Translations under genes and position numbers: made by a program
Shown here: one piece after another, positions 24,501-36,500 of the stretch
How positions within the stretch are numbered: position 1 is the first letter of the stretch
Layout: every line of letters starts with the position of its first letter
Assembly (NCBI GenBank): GCA_976226885.1
Contig: OZ320321.1
Coordinates: forward strand, 17,608,001 to 17,672,000
Direction of reading: 5' to 3'
DNA: 64,000 nt
From: Iphione sp. A-MEVVRFRX5
Taxonomy: Eukaryota
The notes under the pieces: generated by a model
The model's database searches: none
The model's input: the letters and a program-made list of their open reading frames with translations, nothing else
Told to the model about the DNA's origin: nothing

Positions 24501-27500
24501 AGTTCCGGTGATCGTCAGTGTCTCGCCCCCTATAGGTGAACGTTTAAGCAATAGAATAAAAAAAATTACACCATGGATCTCTACATGGGTATACGTATAT
24601 ACCTCTGCGTAGTGACATGTTCACTCAAAATAATGTAATGTATACACGCAGAAGATAATACAAAACTTACATAGTACAGTATGATACGGTTTTCAGTTAC
24701 CCATTGCATTCTTCGAACCGAATTCATAAGAGTGTATTATAGTATACCTCCCACACAATGCATATTGATAGGGGAGCCCCCGAGGAGGCTACCGCCCGAG
24801 ATGGCTACCACCATGTGTTCATAATAAATACATACCAAGCTTTCTAAAAACAAAGCTCCCTCCGGTCACACACAACCTAATAGTTTAAGCCAGTCCTAAT
24901 GGTAGACCTCCTCTGGCCAGCAGATAAACCGAAGTAATAATAATACGAGGCTATCACTTCACACCAAAGTCCCCATGATGTTGACCAGAAGAAGTACGCT
25001 GTACCTTGTACAGACACGGTGTTTTTATCGATGCTTGAAACGGTAGCGGTCAAAGCGGTGTCGTAGGTAAACTGGGTGGAGCTTGTTGCCGTACTGGCTC
25101 CGTCAGTGACGACCACATCTACGCTGCCCGCCGTCTGGAAACAGAAGAATCCCATGTATTAGTCGCTCTTAGGTGGTTCATCTCCTCTTAGCAATCTATC
25201 CATCGTTAGCAGTCGAAAATTGCAAACCGTGAATTCATGAGAAGAAAACTGGCTGAGAAATGGGGATTTTATCCTTTCGTCACAGATCAAGGGGGTATCT
25301 GTTACGACTCAAGAACGAACGAAGATTTTTAAAAGCGGTTTATTTTTATAATGAAAAGAAGCAAGAGGAAAATAAGTGGAAAATAAAATAAAAAGATGAC
25401 CAGTTTGTCTGTCTTTCAGGGTAAATTGATTGTATACTTATACAATGTACATTGTTTGTCTATTATACTGCAGATTGATACCTGAATAAAGTGTTCCATC
25501 ATCTCGAATCCAACATGTGTGAGTTGCTCATTCATTCACTCCGACTTCTACCCCACAAATATAATGTACAACGTTCTGGTGACGAGGACTGTGGACAAAC
25601 TTCTTACCCACAAATACGATATACATGCACAGCATTAAAAGAGAATCCTGTATGAAACAAGTTGGAGCCTCTTAGGCAAAAAAAAACACACACACACACA
25701 CACACAAATGCATGCATGGACCTAGAACTACACAGCACCGATGTGCTCTGTTTTGAAGAGATTGATACAACTTAGGCAAAAATTAGGTGTGTTTATGGTA
25801 ACCAACCCCTACCTAGTAAAACCTCACTCTACCTAAACATTTTTGGGCCCCAAAGAGTTTTCAAGGCTACGTTTACTTAGATATGTGTTTTCACAGCACA
25901 TGTTTGGGTAAATTCAGTAGAAAAACAACAGAATCTATGTAAATTGAGTAAAAAAACTGTAAAACTCACAAAAATTGGTCAAAATTCTTCATACTGTCTT
26001 TATTATTGAAAACCAGAAGAAGAAAGTGGAAAAAATGTATAAATAGATACCCCTTCCCTACGTAGACTTGTGGCAGGTTGTAACCAGAAACACACCTTAT
26101 CTTTTTGGCCTTACCTTCGCTGGGGTCCGACAGGTGATCGAGCTGTAGGTGGCGGACACTACGGGGCAGGCATCTCCACCCACTGTGACCGTCGCGTTGG
26201 GACTGAAGCCGGTTCCGGTGATCGCTAAGAGGGTACCGCCTGTTGTTGGAATGTTAGAGCAAAGCAAGGAATAATCACGACCACGGTTCTTTACAAAATA
26301 TAGACCTGTTTCGACTAAAAGCAAATTTTTAAATGAAAAATGGAGGTACAGTGCCGCCCCCCCCCTCTTCTCATGTATTGTATAACTGTAAGATCCGCTC
26401 GAACCATTATGTTTGTATGTACCGTTTTATCAGTTATGGCCTGGCTACACTTCTGGCCAGAGGAAATAAAGTTTTTTTTTTTTTAAACCCTCTTACCTGC
26501 GAGACTACCGCTGGCAGGGTTGATGGCGGTGACGGTGAACTGGTAAGTAAACTGCACGGCTCCCGAGCTGTGCCGCGCCAACCCTTTGTGGTGGACGTAG
26601 ACCATGACTTCGTGAGTCCCCGCCGGTCCGCGCCCGACGGCGCACTGGATCTGGTTGGCGGAAGCGGAACTGACGATGCAGGCCTCTCCGCCGATCACGA
26701 CGCGGTTCTCGGAGTTAGTGTCGCTGAAGCCGCTTCCGGTCAGGGTGATCGTCGTGCCATCAGTATTCGAGCCTGACGAGAAACAGCAGGAGGGCAATTA
26801 GTGAATATATGTACATGTGTAGGTCTGTAGCCAAGGGAACGTCGGGGATAACGTCCGATGCCCCCTACAAAGGGCCCTTAAATTCCACCCAGAGAGTTCC
26901 GCCTCCAAAAACGTGCAAAGGACATGGAATTTCCCGTTTTTTCTGTTCTGCGGGGAAATTTCATGTAAACTTTTTCTAATATGGCATATGGCAGTTTCAT
27001 GTAATTTTGGCCAAACATGACCTAAAAACGGCAAACCTGACCAAGAGAACCGAGGAAATGAGAGGAAATGTGAAAATACTCGCCAGGAGTTCCACCTCTC
27101 TGACCAACAGTTCCCACCTCTCTTATTTCAGATACCCACCCTGCCCGAAAAATTCCTGACTACAGGCATGTGACGGAAAGTCAAAGCTTCACTCTAATAA
27201 TTTGGGACTGACCACTTTTCTGTCATGGCATATTATCTTAATAGGTCTAAAAAATCTGAAGAAGGATACAGACAGGTAGTAGTATCATTTTACCTAAGTC
27301 TTGGACAACATGATAACAATAAGGTTCTTTATTCTACGTACATACATGTACATATGTAGACATACTAACTTTCTAAATTTGTCTAGACTACATAAACCTA
27401 TAACTATATTGTATAGATTTTGTGCAGGTTATAAGTATCAACCCACCTGTTGATGGAGTCCCAGAGGTAAGGCTAGGTGTCGCAGCTTCGCTCCACTCGA

Positions 27501-30500
27501 AATCACAGCTTCCAGAACATTGGCTTGTTATTCCGTCGATGTCTACTCGAACCTGCGCACGAAAGGACGCGGAAAGATAACAATTCAGTATTCAAATATT
27601 TGATTTTGAGTTTGAATTTGAATTTACCAACTGAGATTGCTACAAGGAGAGACAAAATTGGATGATCAGTTGAAAGCTACCTTAGGACACATCTCTAATG
27701 GGGACATGCCTCTAATAGGGATACCTTTGGGGAAAAAACAGGCTCTACTTTCCTCTACTTGTCCCTCTCATACAGGGACACATCTCAATTGAATTAAAGC
27801 TCACCATCTGAGAATATTGATCTCTAAAGCGAAATATGATGCAGCGACGTCCATTCGGATATCGAGTCCTGCCTGTAAGTGTATTGCGATTACATTTTAC
27901 TAGCACAAATGACATGTGGTGTTGTAGCATGAAATACCTGCTCTGTTTCGTGTATGGTACGGAGGAGGTCACCCGGAATGGGGTCGAAAAAGACGCCGCC
28001 ATCTTGAATTGTCGTTACACCCGAGGAGACGTTCACGCCGGTCAGCGAGGAGTCGTCCTGAAATGGGAATATTGAAATGATGACATCGTGCAGCTGCACG
28101 TGTAGAAACTTCAGGTATTGGGCCTCTGAACACAGGCCACCTTTTTTTATATGGACAAATTTGGCCGCAACCAAAGCTCTCAATATTTTACCTCTCAGAG
28201 CTTTTTTTGGACACTGCGTAAATAGGGACACTTTTAATGGGAGCCATGCAAGTCCTCAGTTTTGAGGTTTTACTGCACATGTAGAGAAACAGAGGGGCTT
28301 CATCAGCAAATATCGACACTAAGATGCAGACGGACACTATGGATAACGGACAGGTCATGTTGAATAAGGCCTAAAACAAAGGCCAGTGTTTCCAGTAATA
28401 CGGTCAACCAACCATGATCTCCTTATATGGAAACATTGTTTCGCCCCTATTTTGACTATGAGCGAGGCTAGAAACTCATACTATAAACCATTTTCTTCCG
28501 TAGGGCCTTGGTTTTAATATGACATCAATTTTATGAACATCCAAGCAGTATTTAAGTGGAATAATAGAGCAGGCTTGGGAGAAACTGTGAAGCTTTTTTT
28601 TTTTTTGCTTGTTCCGATTGCTTGTTCATGTTTCTTTGATTAGAACATGGTGGAACGCGGCAGCAGAGACGCCAACAATGAATTTCGGAGCTTAAAGTCG
28701 AACATTTTGTAGAGTAAGTTGTATGGTTTATTGTCGTTCTCTCTCACCATAACCAACAACGGCTGGTCTCCGGGAGCTGTCGACCAGGTCACTGCCCACT
28801 GATATCCCGCACAGCTGCCGGTTCGAGCGACGCTTACGATACCCATTCCCGGGAGAGTCTGAAGGTCCAGCGCCAGATCCTCGGCAGTAATGCCAGCAGG
28901 GACACCTGGAGGAGGACAAGAGAACAATCAAAGATCGAAGATGCGACACCTGGAGGAGGACAGGAAAGCAAGTTAAAGATCCATGAACGAAAAGATGCTC
29001 TCCCAAGACACTGAACCAAAAAAGTAAAGTGTTCGTGATACTTATGCCAAACGTTCAGATGAAGGAATTTATTTTGACTTTGACAGTATAGGTGCATTGT
29101 GTGTGGAGATCACCTGTGAGTGTGTTGGTTTGGTCAAAAACGAGGTCAAATGTGCCACCGATAGGGGGAGTGGCAGCTTGGAGTCGGGAGACGAAGACGG
29201 TGGCGGCATTCGGCCAGGTGGCGCTGTTGTAGGTGACGTTTTCGTTCCCTTGTTCCTCTTGTACCTTAACGTATGGGAAAATGGAAGTTTTTCTTTTAGT
29301 GCAAGAACTTTCAACGACAGGCATATGTAGATAAGACAGGTTATGCAAGAAAGTATTGTTTATGGGTGCTTGATGTCAGTTGGCATTGTGTGTATGTGAC
29401 GTTTTCGTACCCTTGTTCCGCTTGTACTTTAACATAATTATGGAAGAGGGAAGCGCATTTCGGGCAAGAACTTGAGATGACAAACTTATGTAGACAAGAC
29501 AAGCTACGCAGGGAAGTCATAATATCGTGAATGATGTGGTGTTTTTATTTAGAAAAAAGAGAGAGAAAGAACGACCAGTATCAAGGATAAATATACACAT
29601 AACAAAGACAGGAAACAGATTACATCTTTAACTGGGGCAGGCCATCTTAGAGAGAGTAACGGGTAAAATAAACGGAGAAAAATGCATGCAAATGAAAAGC
29701 AGACGCATGGGCTCAAAAGCAGGGTATAATTATGAATACATATTATACAAATTATATATGCTTACTTCGGCACCGAGGAGTGAGAACAATGGTAAGTCGT
29801 GTGCACATCCACGGACGGTGATCTCCACCTGGAAGGAGTCATCAGGTCCGTCAGTAACGCTGACTTGTTCGGCGATCCACATTGGCGGTCGGAGGCGACG
29901 GTAGCTGCCAACACCTGAGCACACGCCGCCAGAGACAACGAGAGAGGAGCATGAGTAGTGTAAATATATGGTAGCCATAAGGTGGGCAACTCTCACAAAA
30001 AGGTGTACCAGCGGTATTCTCCAGGGACTATTAAAAACCACAGGAAGAAATTACTGTGTAATACTAAAATGATTAGCACAGACTCCCAATACCTCATAGA
30101 CTCAGCAGTAGCAAAAACAATCTAAAATATCCAATTGAATCATGGTTTTTACTAAAAAAAAATAAGACCATCCTGGAGAAAACATTTTGGTACACTTTTC
30201 TGTGAGAGTTGCCCAGATACATATAAGGTCCACAACAAATATCTGTGTTTCCGGTAACAGGCTGGAAAAATAATATAGCTTGAGAGAAAGACCATGATAT
30301 TTACCCTGTACGTCTGTAGTCGGATTTGCCGATACAATGAGCAGCTCATCAACGAAGTAGTCGGCGGAGGAGGAGGTGGTGTCTTTGTAGACTTGGAGAC
30401 GCGCAAGGCGAGCGTCTCGCATCTGCCAGGTGGGATGTTTGTCCTGAATGCCGGTCTTCACATCAAGACAGACGTAGCTCCAGCTGAAACAATTAGGGGC

Positions 30501-33500
30501 TAACTTGAACTTACCGGTAAAATTTAATCATGACTTTGGACCAGGACGTGGACACAACTGAGATATAGTACAGATGACACCTCTGTAGTCAACCCCATAC
30601 ACATCCACTTGACTGCTGAAATCAGGCCGGTAGCCAAGGGGTATCGGGGATATTGTCCGACAGCCTCCTCAAAGATTCCTACGTACACACTTGAAAAGAG
30701 ATGGCTCACCAAGATGTTCCACCCCTGAGGTATTGGGGTTACCATCCGATACCCCCCCACCAAACTTCCTGGCTACAGGCCTGGAAATAAATGTGTCCAA
30801 TATCCAGTACCAACTCAGAATTGAGACCAATGGGACCAGACAAAACTGCCCTTAAGTGTGAGTTGCCCACCTACCTGAGTTGTTTTATTATAGAAAATAT
30901 ACCATTGGGACAACAAAATTTGCCCTTGATCCTCAGTTGCTCTTCTTGTCGAGTTGCTCACAAGGTGAGTTGCTACTGCACTACGTATATGATCTCAACA
31001 CACTTAACGGTTTCCTCTTTACTTACTGATGAATAATTAACCATTCATATTCCTATTAAAGCTGAGAATAAAAGAACATTGAATGTGACTCACTCGTCCG
31101 CCTGGGGAATCACAATCTGATTAGTCAATGTGTCTCCCACGGATCTATAATCTTCTCCTGGAGCGAAATCTGCCAATTTGTAGTAGTAACTGACGTAGAT
31201 CTTCTGTTGCAGATGACCTTTGTAGGCAAAGCATACCTGCCATAGAGGGAGCACAAGAACTTAGTATGACATGCATATGATATGCCTCTATAAGGCGGGA
31301 AATCGAAGGGTATGCAGTGTTTACAAATGAAAGGTACTTAAGCAATGCGATCAAAAGTACCCAGATAAAAAAACTACATGTATATACAACTAATGTGGAT
31401 CATTATAACGTGTACTTAAGACACAGAATATTAGAGCTTTCACAAAGGGAATGGACACCGCTCTCCATTTTTCTCACGTGGATATGAACTACACACCTGG
31501 CCAGTCGACAGCAGGTTAATCACTGGGTTCTTATTCGCGTTGTCACCAGTGTGTTCCCTGTAAAGCCATACGGGGTTCTTCAGCGAGGTGGAGCCGCAGA
31601 ACGGTTCAGTGTCGCTGACCCGTGTGCCAGACAACCAGAAGTCGGTGCTCGTCTCGTAATCCATGCGGAGGGCTTTGCGAGCAGGCGGGCTGCTCAGGAA
31701 ACCCGGACAGCGCACGCTGAAGAGGTCAGTTATGGCCTGCTGGATCTGTGATAGATAACACCAGCGATTTACCAGTAATTTAGAAGGTGACAGTTACAAC
31801 AGTCTTGATCTGTGATAGAAAACACCAGTGATTTAGAAGGTGACAGTTACAATAGTCTGGATCTGTGATGAATAGCATCAGTGATTTAGAAGGTCAGTTA
31901 CAGCCTATTGGATTTGTGATAGAAAACACCAGTGATTTAGAAGGTGACAGTTACAGCAGTCTGGATCTGTGATAAATAGCATCAGTGATTTAGAAGGTCA
32001 GTTACAGCGGTCTGGATCTGAAAAGCATCAAAATGGTTAAAACTGTACCATACTGAAAGTACCGAATACTGGTCGGTACTTTTATCACACAAATAAGATT
32101 ATCTATGTGTCAATTATGTGATTTATGTTTCGCAGGAAACTCTGTAGGACCATCGTTATCCTACGTACACGTACCTGTGAATTGGATGCACTTTTACTGA
32201 TGGGGGCAGTGGTCGAATTGCCGAATTTCAGTGCAAACTTCTGCATGGACGAGCGACCCTTGGTAGTTTCAGTCACTTCTATAGTGGCATTAGCTTGATT
32301 TGTCGAATCCAGAAGGGCGCTTAGCATCGCCATATCACCTGGGGGGGAAAATAATTCGCCGATTTTAACGAAAGAGTTCACAAAGTTCATGATCATAAAA
32401 ATTAAGCAGAACAAGTTCAGTCTGCCTGATTAGTCACAATAAATTTATGTATGGCAAGAGACAAAAAAGTGACTAGAGGCGCCACCTGGACTACGACTTA
32501 GGTAGACACCTAGTGTCTAGTAACGGTACTAAAGTGTATTTCCGATTGAAAGAAGGCAAGTACGGCCTTCACTAAATGCATTTACTGTAGGGGTAATTTT
32601 TTCGTGTAACCATGTTTTCAAAACCATGTCAATATGTTGTCACTGTTTTTGCTGACTATGGTAACAACACAGTGATATGCTCAGCACTGCTATACTCTGC
32701 TCAAACATGGCCACAGTGACACGCCTGCATGCAAATTTAGAGATAGTGGTCCCCCTTAGCTAATGACCTCATAACCAACAATACTGCTTATCTGACAGAA
32801 TTTCCAGGAAGCAAATGTGAAAAATCAATTGAAGACGTTGCCAAATCCAACAAATCTCATATATCTGATGAAATCTCAAGGAACCAAAATGATAAGGGGG
32901 GATGGGACCACTGTTTAAAGCTGGTGTCTCATCAGGCCTATAAGGATACACTGCAACCACCGCACAATATGCCACTCACCTAGGTCTGAGTTGAATGTGA
33001 CGTCATAGGCCACGCCTCCCGAAACGGATGACGTCGACACGCTGACAGTATCGGGGGCGATGGACGGCAAAGCGTTGAGCTCGGTCTTAACGGTGGAGGC
33101 ACTGCTGGTTCCTGACAGGGGTGCTACAGGATCAAGGATATCGAGGTTCTGGTTAAAACTGCGAAGATATCACCTGTATACACATAGGATGTCGGGGGGG
33201 GGGGCAACTATTTTTTTGTGAAATGGGTATTTTAATTCACCACTACCTATTGTTTGCTTTCGGTTATACACACCAAACGTTATTGAGCAATTACTGGTGA
33301 TGTGCTACAAAACAATCAATACTTAGTGAAACATTATCTGTTTCTTCTCTGTTTTTAATGAAGCATTACGGATCATTTGAATTCTAGGTGAACCTATATC
33401 AGGTATGCCCTGATCCCCACCCCACCTCCCGTGAAAACCTCCTACTGGGATTCCAGAAGCTGATATAACATGTACCAATATGATATTTTCAAGCCCTTCT

Positions 33501-36500
33501 ACTTAGGCCATAAAACCATAACAAGCTTTGTACATAGAGTAGGACCTTTTCAATCACCCGTGGGTGTGACCCTAATGAAGAGGTGACCTGATTATAGAGG
33601 GGATGATAACTGTTTACACTACCTATATAAAACGTTGCCAGAAAGTAGTCTGGCCATGGAGGCTGACATATGGGGCCTTACTCTCGTCCAGAGGTAAGGA
33701 TTTACAAGATTTAGTATCACTATGCCTCTGTGTCAAGTCAAGCGGAACCGAAGGTTGTAAAATGCTATCAAACCCCCCGCCGCCACCGCCAAAGGCGCTT
33801 GTACACAAGAATGATCACCTGAGGAAGTCTCCATCACACAGCCGAGATATTGTTCAATTCATACCGCCGTCCCTTTAACAGAAATCAATTCAAGACACTT
33901 TGGAGCGAAGCTAAATTATCATGAGGATTAAATGCGTGTACGAGGTTTTTTTTCCGAATAGCACAAGGAGGCTCGACTCGATGTTAGGTAGACGCCTGGT
34001 GTCTCCCTCTGGTACTAAAGTTACCTGTGAAGACGCCGTTCATGCCCAGTCGGAAATTGACGTAATCAAGGTTGTCGGAAGTCACTACCACTCGCTGGAT
34101 CTCCTTCGTCTTTGACGTACTTGCCCAGTTTTCGAGCTTAATGCTCTATTGAAACACAAAAGCGTCATGTATGAGCATTTCGGATGCAGAACGAACTACA
34201 TGTAGCAAGCAAGTGCAGGCCCTTAGCCAGGAAGTTTTCTGGGGGGTTTCGGACGATACCCCCAATACTGCAGGGGTGGACCTAATTTTTTTTATCCCTA
34301 TCAAAGCCTATAGTAATAAATGTCTAGGGGGGTTTCACATGATACCCCCGATACCCCCTTGGCTACGGGCCTGAAGTGCAAGTTGAACCTCACAACTGGG
34401 GACACCCAAGACAGAGGACACGTACGCCTACACTTAATTGGGACATATTTTGGCTACGTGTATACCATCCCTGATTCATTGGGGGGGGGCACTCCCTGGA
34501 TGGGGACACATCCACTGGGAACCATGGCAAGGTTGTCCGCAGTTGTGGGATTCTACTGTACATGCAGTATACTGTATATGAAGCGAAAATGGAAAAATGT
34601 TGCATGACGTAGACTGCATCGTGTGTGGATAGACTGGTAGTTCCTGTGCCGATCCAATGTCTTCCTTTCAAATTGAAGCGTATAATTATGGCAAAGCATG
34701 TCTTACTTGGATTTCCGTTTTCACGGTGGACGTGGTGAAAATTGTCTGCTGCTCGCTGTGCACGGACGAGGCGACTCGGCCCCCTGGCAGGTTGGTCCTG
34801 GACATGTGTACGGCAATGTTCCCGCTCGCATAACCACCTATCTCCTTCACGATTTGGTAGATCGGATACCTGTCAGAGATTGTTTTTTTAAAAATAAATT
34901 GTATTTAAACCTGATTACATCAGCCAGTGCTGAACAAACGGAGGGTGGGGTGGGGGTGGTATCTATTTTGGTGAAGCGTTATGGGTGCTTTGAATTCTTG
35001 ATGAAGCGTTATCTGCTCTTTTTTCAAAAGCATTATGCGTGCTTTTAATTCTTGGTGATGCATTATTGCGTGACCCCATGACCCCCGCCCTCCTGTTGAC
35101 AACAGGTACATAGTACAATAGAGCAAAACATAATACCATTTACATGCTGACAAGTAGCTAAGTACAGTAATACTTTGTTAAGATTGGGCTGATTGTTTAC
35201 AATGTATAGGAGTATTGATAGTGGAGTGACGAGATGAAAGGGAAAGAGGGACATATAGCATATGCTCTGTGCAGTAAGATCCTTTAAATTGACAGAAAGA
35301 AGGAGCCGAATGAATGAGAGCCGAGAAACTTACGGTTTTTGACCTTCAAGGAAGATCTTTTCCGAGATTTGAGATTCTTTGTAACTCCCAGACGCTACTC
35401 TAGGTGCCGATGCAATTAATTCCTGTAAAGATGAACAGAACTTAAAGACGTATTTGATTACAACTACATATTCTTATATATATCAGACGTCTATTACCAT
35501 TAGGTATCAAGGCGCACAGAGAAAAGAAACCTCTGAAGCCATGAACATGCACGACGGAGGCCGTTTTGAGAAATCATACACATGAATTTGGGGGAAATCG
35601 CCCTCGTTACATGAAAATTTCACCCACAATATACAAGATGTTAACTAGGTCCATTTGGCCGAAACATAGTTATTAAATAAGGAGCACTTTGTTCTCGATC
35701 CAAAACTGAACCAAATCTATGAAAATCAATGAAATATCAGAGCACTAATGGGTATGTCTGACCATAGCGACTATTGTACTGAAAGTGTCTGTGGGTATTG
35801 CAGTCGACCGTAGCGCCACCTGGACTGCGTTACATGTAGACACCTGGTGTACACTTCTGGTACTAAACTTCAAGGGCTGATAACATTGTGTATACACACA
35901 CATACCGCGGATAAATGGACATAGGTTACCCGGCTGTATCCTACACAGATGCCTCTGGCGCTTGCACTGATTGTTGTCTATGTTTCTGTTGAATCCCAGT
36001 CGATATGTCCCATAGTCGATGTGTCCCAGTCAATATCTCCCACTCGTTGGTCAATATGCCCCACTGCATATAGTTCATAGTGATACACATCTCTTGAAAT
36101 ATCGTTGGTTTTTCTGCCCTTCCACTGGCTGGACCTGTACAATCAGGCAACATTTTATTTTTGGTTGTATAAAGCAAATTATCATGAAAACCCTGCACCC
36201 ACCAGGTCATTCGCACTGCCCGTCCTGCTGAGGTAGAGGGAGGAGCCGTCGTCAGACTTCAGATAGAAACGGTAGTCGCTGTCCCGAGGCGGGATGAAGT
36301 AGCCACCCATGCGGAAAATGAACCTGTTCCACGACGAGTTCGTGTCCCGCCACGTGAACCTGTCGAGGTGGACCGTGGACTCCGGCGCCGTCAGGTTGAT
36401 GTGGCTTTCGAAGTCAGCCGTTTTATAAATAGAGTCGGAGCCCCAGTACTCCCATGTGATTCCACGGTTTCCTGGATTTTTTGGGGGTTTGAGGTGGGGG

